From Tortispora ganteri (Eukaryota), in the NCBI GenBank assembly GCA_003707115.1, contig PPNB01000007.1:124001-188000 (forward strand): a stretch of DNA of 64,000 nt, given 5' to 3'. Shown in pieces: positions 28,294-36,984 of this stretch. Under the pieces are notes generated by a model. It did no database searches, was not told where the DNA came from, and saw only the letters and a program-made list of their open reading frames with translations. The number at the start of each line of letters is the position of its first letter. The stretch's first letter is position 1. The position numbers and the translations under genes were made by a program.

Positions 28294-30342
28294 CTAATTG
28301 ATAGACAAATGGGATCTGAACTTTTCTCGGATCTCGCCATTACGGGATTCCGGATTTCCAAATTCTGTGACCTGAACTATCACGTCTTCATATTGGTGCA
28401 TGGAATTCACAAAGCTCAGCGGGTCGCTGTAGACTAATGATCTGTGCACGTCGTCTTCATCCATTCCATTGGTGATCTGTTCTATATTTGAAACCGGAAA
28501 TTCAATGTGCTCTAGAGGCCAAAACGCAGAATTTCCCGTATTGTTATCCGATACCAACACCGCTAGAGGTTTAACCGTATCTGGATCTACAAGCAGTCCA
28601 GATGCATAACCTCTGACCCGTGTTGGCGAAGAAACAGATATACTGGAGCCTAAGCGCAAATGCCGAGTTCGCCCGTTTATTTGATATGAAACTAATATCA
28701 GGCTCGGATAAGCATCGGTTCCTTCTGGATATAAAAAAAGGTTTCGCAGAAACATTATCTTAGATATCTCACTCGTTAGCTTGCTGCAGATATCTAACGG
28801 CGAATACTCCCTTGCTGCTGATTTACTAAGCAAACCAGATAACCCGCCTAAACAGCCTGTACAGGCGCATTTGTGGTACGGAGGATACCTTGTTGCGTAT
28901 TTGAATATTGGAATAGCCGGCATGACCTTGCGCCTCAACGGTAATTTTCTTAACGGGACAGGTGATAGCGTCTCGCCAAATGCTATTCGCATAACTGAGT
29001 GACATAAGTTTGCATAGCTGTCAAATTTGCATACAGATGGTAAGGGAGTTTTCCATGTCTCTTTGATATCCTTGACAGCTGGGCATCTGCCATAAAGTCG
29101 TATGTACATAAGAGGAGCTTCCCCGCTCCTTAGTATATTCGTATACTTGGTCTCCGTTAGAAACGTCCTGTGCTTATCAGGAGCATATATTCCTAGATAA
29201 ATGATATCCTCTCCCTCACTATGCCTCAAAATTGGCATCGCCCAAAGTCCGATTTTGTGGCACAAGTGCTGAAGCATCAAAAGATAAGTAATGACTGGCC
29301 ATATCTTCATAATAAGTTTGAGCCCATATGCATTGTTCGCTTTAGCATCGCTAATAGCAGGCCTTATAAGTTTTATGCACTGTACAAACCTGCAGTATAA
29401 TTCTTTGTAAACCTCATGCGGCTCTAATTGTTTCCCAGTCTTGTAATTTCTGTCCAGAAGCCAAGTCCACCTTTTGGATAAATCGAATCCCTCATTCCAG
29501 ATGTATTTAAAAGGGCTCACGTACCAGATATCAATACTTGCAAGCCATCCAATCCAAGTTAATCGTTTGTCTAGGAATACTGAAACGTCTGCAGTTTTTG
29601 TGTCTGTGGGTAAACTGTTTAGCGAAAATAATGAAGGAAACAAGCGACCAAATGCCACTTTCGGAAGTATACGCCATCGCAAATAATAAGCGATTGCAGC
29701 GTATTTCAAGTAATTAATAGGCTCTAGCGTGATTGCTCTAATGTTATGCCGTTCGTCGCTAGAAGATAGGATAAATTTATCCAGAAATCGCTTCGCTGTA
29801 GCTGGGTACTTTTCCATGAGTTCGAAAAGATCGTCCGCATAAGGTAATGAGCTAATAGCACCTGTCTCAGATCTGAACCAACCAATAAAGTTCCTTTGAT
29901 TAGTAGGCAAGTCAATTGAGTGCGCATTGTACACCATCAGTTGTAGATACTTGAATAGAGACTCTTCAATATTGAGTCTGTCGTTGATAGCGGTGTAATA
30001 AATGTAGTAGTGCAAACGAGAGTGATGGCACATGAAGCAGCTGCAAGGTTGAAAACCGTAAGAGTTGTTCCTACATGTGCATCTATGGCTTCTCACATGT
30101 ATTATATTAAAAACGAGTTTACCTTGCTCCCAGTAGCCTCCACTTTTGCGAGTTATTATTCGCCATGTGTGCTTGCTAGAGCTGATCTTGGCAAATTTCT
30201 CACAATTACTTTCTTCTGCTATCGCGAAAACCAAAGTTGGAGGAAGGTAGACGAATATAATGATTAAAACGTCAATTGGACAAGCTATCAAAAACCTGAT
30301 CCATCGATACGCCCGCACAGACATAGAGGCAGTTAATGACAT
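28294..30342 (-). CDS. Uncharacterised 682-aa protein with an N-terminal hydrophobic segment and Cys/His clusters
   Basis: Uninterrupted 2049-nt ATG-started ORF filling the gap between conserved genes; no family recognised. Confidence 0.7.
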   Translation of the reverse strand: MSLTASMSVRAYRWIRFLIACPIDVLIIIFVYLPPTLVFAIAEESNCEKFAKISSSKHTWRIITRKSGGYWEQGKLVFNIIHVRSHRCTCRNNSYGFQPCSCFMCHHSRLHYYIYYTAINDRLNIEESLFKYLQLMVYNAHSIDLPTNQRNFIGWFRSETGAISSLPYADDLFELMEKYPATAKRFLDKFILSSSDERHNIRAITLEPINYLKYAAIAYYLRWRILPKVAFGRLFPSLFSLNSLPTDTKTADVSVFLDKRLTWIGWLASIDIWYVSPFKYIWNEGFDLSKRWTWLLDRNYKTGKQLEPHEVYKELYCRFVQCIKLIRPAISDAKANNAYGLKLIMKIWPVITYLLMLQHLCHKIGLWAMPILRHSEGEDIIYLGIYAPDKHRTFLTETKYTNILRSGEAPLMYIRLYGRCPAVKDIKETWKTPLPSVCKFDSYANLCHSVMRIAFGETLSPVPLRKLPLRRKVMPAIPIFKYATRYPPYHKCACTGCLGGLSGLLSKSAAREYSPLDICSKLTSEISKIMFLRNLFLYPEGTDAYPSLILVSYQINGRTRHLRLGSSISVSSPTRVRGYASGLLVDPDTVKPLAVLVSDNNTGNSAFWPLEHIEFPVSNIEQITNGMDEDDVHRSLVYSDPLSFVNSMHQYEDVIVQVTEFGNPESRNGEIREKFRSHLSIN

Positions 30343-30812
30343 CCCCTCATGTACTTGATCTATCAGTAATGAAACAAGTCAAATTGTCGAAGGGGAGGAC
30401 AACAGTCATTTTATTAGAGATAAGCTGGCCAGAGTGCGCAGTAGGGTCTAAGAATATTATCCTCATGCCCATAGCATAGCTACGTGTGGAGTTCAATTCA
30501 ACAGGAAAGCTTAATAAGAGAAAAAGTCCTTTTGTAATGCATGCGAAATTCGCCACAAAGTCCCTGAATTTCTGAGAAATACATCACACGTGAAATGCGG
30601 AATAGTCTATTTCGCGGGCTCAAGGTCCTGAGATCAAATTCGCAGAATAAAAGTAACGAGGCATACGAAATAGAGTAACAGGGGACAGCAGCAAAGCATA
30701 CCCCGGATTTCATTGATCGGGCAGGAAATGCATGTAAGGGGAAATAGTTTCGATAAGTTTGAAGGCTTGGAAACGTTTAGACTTGTAATTATTTATGCTT
30801 CTAATGCAGCCC

Positions 30813-31427
30813 TCACAGCGCATTCCAAGCAGAATTAACATTTTCTGCGTTCCAGCCGTCCTCCGAAGCTTTTATTACACACAGTTCACTATCTGCAATG
30901 GATTGAATCAGGACTTTATCTGGATTACCATTGGCATCAGTTTTTATTTGCAGGCCTAGTTGTCGATAGAGCTGAACGATTTTGGCATTAGATTCTGCGT
31001 CGGAAGCTATTGACGTAAAATCACCATTCTGAAGCACGTTTTCTAACTTGGCGCATTCTTTCGATAAACTGTCTATTTCACTGGAAAGCGAATCCTTAGT
31101 GGTATTCATTTGTGTTATTTTATTGTTGCAGTTGTCTTTTTGGCGATTTAGTTCGTTCAAGTATGGTTCATGACTAGTGAGATTTTTTTGAAGTGTAATC
31201 ATGTTGTTCTTAGCAGCAGAGAGCTGATCCTCCAAAACTTGAAGTTTAGATTGTTTTTCTTTTATTTCAGTTGCACGTTTTGCTTGGTTGTGGTTTAAAG
31301 CATTCTGAATTTGTTGCAACTTTTTAACTGTACTCTCTGTTACGCCAGGCAAGACATCTGTCAGTTCAGACATTGATGAACTATAAGAAGACAGCTCACT
31401 TGCAGAAAATTGCGTTACTTTTGACAT
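30813..31427 (-). CDS. SPC24: Kinetochore Ndc80-complex subunit Spc24
   Basis: Long coiled coil, then LYRQLGL...PDKVLI and a terminal W-containing helix (VNSAWNAL) typical of the Spc24 RWD domain; ATG at 31427. Confidence 0.75.
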   Translation of the reverse strand: MSKVTQFSASELSSYSSSMSELTDVLPGVTESTVKKLQQIQNALNHNQAKRATEIKEKQSKLQVLEDQLSAAKNNMITLQKNLTSHEPYLNELNRQKDNCNNKITQMNTTKDSLSSEIDSLSKECAKLENVLQNGDFTSIASDAESNAKIVQLYRQLGLQIKTDANGNPDKVLIQSIADSELCVIKASEDGWNAENVNSAWNAL

Positions 31428-31526
31428 TCTGGAGTTGTTTTGTAAATGATTATGCAATATCTCGGCAGTCTGGTTAAAGAAATGTAAACAAAACGTTCTA
31501 AAGTGGGAGGTTTAAAACTTTGGGTG

Positions 31527-31546
31527 GTCACGTGATAATAACGCGT
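31527..31546. promoter_or_regulatory. GTCACGTG E-box (Cbf1-type) plus MCB ACGCGT
   Basis: GTCACGTG at 31527-31534 and ACGCGT at 31541-31546, about 100-120 bp upstream of SPC24. Confidence 0.5.
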
Positions 31547-31813
31547 CAAAAATTGGATTTGATTAGGCAACGATGCGAGGATTAGTTTTGATTAGAGCAG
31601 TTTTGTTTAATTAAAGAGTGTAAGCAATAACGAAGATACATATTTCAAGGTAATTTAGAAGAGGATAAGAAAAAAATGGGATAAAGTGGTTGGTAATGCA
31701 AAGAAACTGATGTGGCAATCCGGGCGGCTGTAAATGAGGGGAAGGGATAGAAGGTAATATTATGAGGAGTCCAACTTAGATTCTCTCAAAAAAAAAAGGG
31801 TGTATCTTTTATA

Positions 31814-32359
31814 ATGAGGACAATTGACGAAATTATTGAATCTAAACATTTACCCAATAAGGAGGCAGTGGAAATTTATGTGGAATTGGATCCGATGGAG
31901 TTGCATGAGCTGCGTGGAGGATGGAAAGGGTCAACGTTGTATACTGACCACTCACTCGATAACAAGATGGCATCATTTGGATGGCATGGAATGTTCTTCA
32001 AAAATAATGAAATTGTTTATCCATCTATATGGAATGCGAGTAATGGCTCCAAATTTATTGCAGATCCTATGAAAGTAATTACGGCTGTTCATTCATCTAC
32101 CGCTAATGATATTATGGGATCCCCGCAATGTTATTCGACTACTTCCGATTCCGCTCGAGTCAGAATGATAGTATCCTATGGGGAACCTACTGCTACACTT
32201 ATATATGACAATTTGCCTATTTATGATTCATTTAAACGAATTGATAATGATCGTATCATGGGTCTAGTCGACATGAAGGGCGTTGATGATCCCTACTTCT
32301 TCATGATGACCCGTGATTTTGATCTTGGCAAAGAGTTGGGACTTGAAGTGATAGATTAG
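31814..32359 (+). CDS. GXWXG + DUF4334 domain protein
   Basis: GGWKG motif, WHG.FF, ARVRM, TATLIYDNLPIYDSFKRID and MGLVDMKG..PYFF. Confidence 0.88.
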   Translation: MRTIDEIIESKHLPNKEAVEIYVELDPMELHELRGGWKGSTLYTDHSLDNKMASFGWHGMFFKNNEIVYPSIWNASNGSKFIADPMKVITAVHSSTANDIMGSPQCYSTTSDSARVRMIVSYGEPTATLIYDNLPIYDSFKRIDNDRIMGLVDMKGVDDPYFFMMTRDFDLGKELGLEVID

Positions 32360-32432
32360 CGGGGATCAGTGCCAATTTGGGACATATCACCACCTAAACA
32401 ACACCCAAGTGCATCTGACACTATACCATAAC

Positions 32433-33290
32433 ATGATTATATCATTTATATTAAACTCATTTCTTTTAGCTTCTATTGTTTATATCTCTGTATTTGCCTT
32501 ATTTGTGCAATCAGCAGTAACATACGCTATATTTTACTACAGTTACATTCCCAATGCCGCACTGCAGTTCACTATAGATTACCCACAGCACCACGCTGTC
32601 ATTGATTTCGTCACTGACGACAATGGTATACTCACCACCCCCTCAAAACAGAAGTACAATGTTCAATTGTCGCTGTTTCTACCAGATTCGCCACAGAATA
32701 GAGCGTTAAATTCATTCCCTATTGTTGTAGTGCTCAATTCAGACACTGCCGTCCAGCATTTCCATCTGCGATCGGGCCTTCCTTACGTATCTAACGAACT
32801 CCGCTTGTTACGCCTTGCCATGCTCTGGCCTCTAAAAATCTTCGACCAATATGCAGAGTCCGAAACACTAGTCATACCAGTCACCTCAGATTTCACCTTT
32901 CAAAAACCATCGCCTTCAACTACGTTTGAGGTACAATTGCCCCATGATCTCTACGTGTACTCACTACGCGTCCAGTTCTTTGCTAACCTAACTGGACTCA
33001 AGTATTTCATGAAATATCATCCATTCATAAGCGCACTGGCAGGTACGCTAGCGTTATGGGCCTTAGAAGTCTGCACCATGGTCTTGGTGATCGCGGTCGT
33101 TGCCTACTACATATTGTCTTCATCAGCTGCAGAAAGCAGTTCGTACCAAAAACCAAAACCAAAACCAAAGCCAAAGCCAACGACACAGCAGTACCAGTAT
33201 CCCGTGGAGATAAAGAAAGAGCCAAAAGAAGACATTCCGGTAGTACACAGTCTGGTCTCTGACACAACAACAGCAGTCCCGCCTTCCTAG
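32433..33290 (+). CDS. SEI1: Seipin (lipid droplet biogenesis)
   Basis: TM1 followed by FYYSYIP, YNVQLSLFLPDSPQNR, FFANLTGLKYFM and TM2; ATG at 32433. Confidence 0.88.
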   Translation: MIISFILNSFLLASIVYISVFALFVQSAVTYAIFYYSYIPNAALQFTIDYPQHHAVIDFVTDDNGILTTPSKQKYNVQLSLFLPDSPQNRALNSFPIVVVLNSDTAVQHFHLRSGLPYVSNELRLLRLAMLWPLKIFDQYAESETLVIPVTSDFTFQKPSPSTTFEVQLPHDLYVYSLRVQFFANLTGLKYFMKYHPFISALAGTLALWALEVCTMVLVIAVVAYYILSSSAAESSSYQKPKPKPKPKPTTQQYQYPVEIKKEPKEDIPVVHSLVSDTTTAVPPS

Positions 33291-34138
33291 ACTGTACCAT
33301 ACTTCTGCTCTCCGGTCCGGCTCTTGTAAGCGTCCGCCATCAATGCGCATACAATTTCAATCTTCTCCTTTGGTACTTTTAAATTCAGGTACCATTCCTC
33401 GTTGGGCTCGTCCGTAATTGACTTGCCCAGCAACACACTGCCCCAGTATATAGCGCTGACCGCGAGTTCACGCGGCGTAGCGGCTAAGATGGCCATGCTC
33501 CTACACGCGTCATTGAGAAACTTCCAGGACGACCGACAAACATCTGTACTTCTTTCCTCGAGCTTCAGATCTGCTACGAAGTCCTGTAAGATGTCATAAG
33601 GGTTGGCAACTTCCAAATCGAAGCATATCGTCTCAAGGACAACAAGCTCGTTAAACAGTATCATGTCTCTCCACCTCCAGAACTCCTTGGACTGCTCGTC
33701 AATAATCGCGCTGTCATTTTTTTGCGCAACTTTAGCGCACACTATGACTAAATCTTTAACTCGGCGTGCGGTCTCCTCCGACTTAGCAGCTATGAACAGA
33801 CATGTGGCCGCGATGTCGTACTGGTGGTACTTTCGGAAGCTTTTCCGTATGTAGAACCTATGAAAGTAGCAGCTAGCGGCAAATATAGTATTATGCGGCA
33901 GCCTCAGCCGTGCTGCTGCCAGAATGATAAAATTTATGCCCTTAAATCTGCTCTCTACCTCACCCTCATACGAAATGCCGTCGAGTCTTGAGGGAGTACG
34001 ATCATGCAGCTCATCTGATGTAAACAGCCAGCTATTTGTGTTAGGCGAGCCGCCTTCATATTCGACATCTGCGCTACTGAATCGGTTTACATTTAAATTA
34101 TCTTTAGTGTCATAAGTTTGTCCCTCCGTTTCGGCCAT
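33287..34138 (-). CDS. Transcriptional cyclin (cyclin T/K; Pch1/Bur2-like)
   Basis: WLFT..EL..TPSRLDG, YFHRFY, CLFIAAKSEE and DEQSKEFWRWRD motifs; start at the ATG at 34138. Confidence 0.9.
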   Translation of the reverse strand: MAETEGQTYDTKDNLNVNRFSSADVEYEGGSPNTNSWLFTSDELHDRTPSRLDGISYEGEVESRFKGINFIILAAARLRLPHNTIFAASCYFHRFYIRKSFRKYHQYDIAATCLFIAAKSEETARRVKDLVIVCAKVAQKNDSAIIDEQSKEFWRWRDMILFNELVVLETICFDLEVANPYDILQDFVADLKLEERSTDVCRSSWKFLNDACRSMAILAATPRELAVSAIYWGSVLLGKSITDEPNEEWYLNLKVPKEKIEIVCALMADAYKSRTGEQKYGTV

Positions 34139-34308
34139 TGACTGCTGCTGCTTCGCGATATAAAGACTGGTTGGCAGGTAAGGTGAAAGATGGGAAGGGT
34201 CTCCTATCTTCCCAGGCCTCGCGGCTCTAAATGGGGGTTCTGGCGACATGAGCCCGGCGCAAACAACAACAAAAACCATTGAAAAATCGATATTCATAAA
34301 ATTGCTAC

Positions 34309-35565
34309 TTACAAATATCGCAGTACCTCTTTTCTGCCAAAATTGGTTAGTTTGAGGCGTGAGACATAGTCGTCGCGGTTGATGTACGCCCCGCACATAG
34401 TCCTCTTCCCTTCGAAACTAGTCCGTCCATGCAAGACCCTCAAATTGTTGAAAATCATCGGACGTCCAGGTTGCAATTGGAACTGGAACACAAATTCCTT
34501 ACTGTTCAGGATGTCACTCCATACTTTAGCAGCTCGGTAGAATTCCAGCACCTGTTCAGGCGTATCCCACTCTCGCATAGTCGATCTGTCGTCAGAGTTC
34601 CAGCGCACCTGTACAAGTACGCCCCTATGATCATGCATTAATATTGGGAATGAGTCGGCCGGCTGGATGCATACATCTTCGTTTCCTGCAGCATGTGCAG
34701 GAACAGGGACCTTCGACAGCGTTTTGTATGCCTGCGGATCCAGTTCCTTTAATCTCTCTGCGGCTTTGAACCCGTCAACTAGCGGAGTTTCACCACCAGT
34801 GCCAATATGTTCAAGCAGATGAAATAGCTGCAGACCTGGCTGATCAGTGAAATAAGTGCCATCTGTGTGTACACCTAGTTCCTCCTGAGAATATGCTAAA
34901 TCAGCTTTAGCCATGTCTGATGTGAACTTCCAAAACCCACCGTAATGCGTTGGCCTTATAAAAGCAATTCGTTTACATAGTTCTTCTGTGGAATTTTCAT
35001 CCACTGGTGTATTGTTTACGAATGCAAACCCATATTCTGCGATCTTGCGCGTCCATTTGGCTACGCCCTTATCGTCGCGCATCACCTCGTCAAACTCCAC
35101 CTGGGGGATATCGCGCGAATATGGGTCTTTAACATAGGAGTTATGCAAATCGCGACCAGTCCACAACACTTCCTTTATTGACGGTGGCTCTGCTAGTACA
35201 GGATCGTATGAGTGGTCACGAAGCCAATCGTATGTGTAGAAGCTCTTGTGGTCTCCATTCCACGTGACTTCCACCCCATCACTGTTTTCAGTGACATAGT
35301 CTGCAGATATATCTAGTGGGATCGAGGAAGTATTAATTAATCGCTGTAATGTGGTAGGATGATGACATTTGCTGCATTGACAACTGTCTCTGAGCCATAT
35401 CCCATGGTATTTTGATATCTTTCCGTCTTCCCACGGAACGACCAGCTTCCCGTCTGTAAACACAACACTTTTATTAGTAGAAATAGACTTAGCAGAAATA
35501 GGTCTAAAAAGTAATCTATTAGGTTTTCCTAATAAATATTTCCTATGTATTAGATTCCGAATCAT
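34309..35565 (-). CDS. Trimethyllysine dioxygenase (carnitine biosynthesis), mitochondrial
   Basis: WLRDSCQCSKC...TLQR Zn motif, IRPTHYGGFW, HTDGTYF (HxD), NLRVLHGR and CGAY motifs. Confidence 0.9.
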   Translation of the reverse strand: MIRNLIHRKYLLGKPNRLLFRPISAKSISTNKSVVFTDGKLVVPWEDGKISKYHGIWLRDSCQCSKCHHPTTLQRLINTSSIPLDISADYVTENSDGVEVTWNGDHKSFYTYDWLRDHSYDPVLAEPPSIKEVLWTGRDLHNSYVKDPYSRDIPQVEFDEVMRDDKGVAKWTRKIAEYGFAFVNNTPVDENSTEELCKRIAFIRPTHYGGFWKFTSDMAKADLAYSQEELGVHTDGTYFTDQPGLQLFHLLEHIGTGGETPLVDGFKAAERLKELDPQAYKTLSKVPVPAHAAGNEDVCIQPADSFPILMHDHRGVLVQVRWNSDDRSTMREWDTPEQVLEFYRAAKVWSDILNSKEFVFQFQLQPGRPMIFNNLRVLHGRTSFEGKRTMCGAYINRDDYVSRLKLTNFGRKEVLRYL

Positions 35566-35642
35566 ATCTCACTTGTGTGGCAGATGATACGGAGGTGGGT
35601 GCATAACAACCACTAAATCAGCCCCTCATCACTTGCTCGAAA

Positions 35643-35682
35643 GATATTCATAAACATTCATAGACATTCAAAGACATTCATA
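35643..35682. repeat. Four imperfect tandem copies of the 10-mer GACATTCATA
   Basis: GATATTCATA AACATTCATA GACATTCAAA GACATTCATA, read directly from the sequence. Confidence 0.85.
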
Positions 35683-35769
35683 GAAATCATTAACCATGCG
35701 TAACACTACCGCAGTATCGATTGAAATCAAACAAACACAAACAGTCAATAGTAGGTCGCTAGTCGTTCA

Positions 35770-36795
35770 TTAGGTACTCGTTGATACACTCAGGTCACCC
35801 CTTCGCGGCAGATCAATGGCCTCACCAAACCCTTTCTCATAAGGACGCAGTAACACGAACCTCTCGTCTAACCAGTCTAGTAATTCTTGTAAATTAGAAG
35901 TCTCATTCATGCTTTTTCTCTCTGCCCGTGTAATTGAGTGTGTCATCATCTCCGACACATGGTGCTGCAGTAGTCTGAACGGTAGCCCATACGCTGTGGA
36001 GTAGTGCAATATCAGTTCAACCGAACCCCATGTAGCTTTTTTCGCACCGCTGAACAATGCAGGATTCTCTAAAATACCACGTGCCGCCATTAAACCGTCG
36101 CATCCTGTCGCTTCGGCTATTTGCGCCGCATCTTTAACGGAAAAGACGTCACCATTTGCGACTACGGGAATAGCATTAGACATTGCATGTACATGCTGGC
36201 ACACCGCCTTTAACGCATCAATATTCACCGGTTCACGGCTTCTCTGTTCCTTGCGCCGTCCATGCACTACGAGATAGTCTGCGCCTGCATTCACAATACT
36301 CTCTGCCATTCTGATTGTCTTGTTGATATCCCGATGTATGCGAATTTTCGCTTCAACACACAGTTTTGGACATCTTTTCTTTACCATACGGATCATAGCA
36401 CACACTTTTTCTGGCTGTTCCATCAGTGCTGCGCCTATTCCTTGTGATATTTGATCTTTTATGGGACATCCACAGTTGATCCCGATCCCATCGCAATACG
36501 GTTCAACCATCTCTGCCGCCCGCGCTAGATCCTCGGGACTATTTACACCAAACTGTACTATTAAACATGAATCTGAATCATTAGTGGTGAAATCAGTGTC
36601 TCTGGCATATTGCGATCTGATGAACTCTCGGGCGAGGATCATGGGAGTGTAAACAATGTCCGCACCAAAGTGGCGAACAGTGGATCTAAAGGGTAGCTTA
36701 GAGTATCGAACCATGGGTCCGGCAATATATACTAGTCTACCTTCAGTTTTAGCATCTGAAAAAATTGTTCTAGGATCAATCTTTGTACGTGTCAT
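35770..36795 (-). CDS. DUS4: tRNA-dihydrouridine synthase Dus4
   Basis: AGPMVRYSKLPFR, YTPMILAREF, INCGCP, VHGR, ANGD and ARGILENP motifs; ATG at 36795. Confidence 0.9.
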   Translation of the reverse strand: MTRTKIDPRTIFSDAKTEGRLVYIAGPMVRYSKLPFRSTVRHFGADIVYTPMILAREFIRSQYARDTDFTTNDSDSCLIVQFGVNSPEDLARAAEMVEPYCDGIGINCGCPIKDQISQGIGAALMEQPEKVCAMIRMVKKRCPKLCVEAKIRIHRDINKTIRMAESIVNAGADYLVVHGRRKEQRSREPVNIDALKAVCQHVHAMSNAIPVVANGDVFSVKDAAQIAEATGCDGLMAARGILENPALFSGAKKATWGSVELILHYSTAYGLPFRLLQHHVSEMMTHSITRAERKSMNETSNLQELLDWLDERFVLLRPYEKGFGEAIDLPRRGDLSVSTST

Positions 36796-36984
36796 GGTGT
36801 TTGTGTTAAAAACATGAAAACTCAAAATGAAAACCGTGGGGAGCATAAACTCAGCTTCTTCCCACACGGCTAAAATGTACGTGTAACACCCGTATGATTC
36901 AAGACAAAAATGAAAGCAAACCAACACAAAATCAAAATCAAAACAAAAAAATTATTACCACAATATACAAAATTGTTAGCCATT

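Noticed and set aside
30500..30720. RNase MRP/P RNA suggested by AAAGTCCC and GGGCTCA
   Set aside because: The words are only about 55 nt apart and there is no P1 closing helix; they are probably chance matches.
6891..36795. tRNA-modification gene cluster (QNG1, MSS1, DUS4)
   Set aside because: The genes are 10-17 kb apart with unrelated genes between them, and they act in different pathways and compartments.
33287..36927. Long 5' extensions of track ORFs (cyclin to 34396, DUS4 to 36927; likewise UBA2, ARG82, MSS1 and the RING gene)
   Set aside because: The extensions mostly start at non-ATG codons or run into neighbouring genes, and family homology begins at the internal ATGs.
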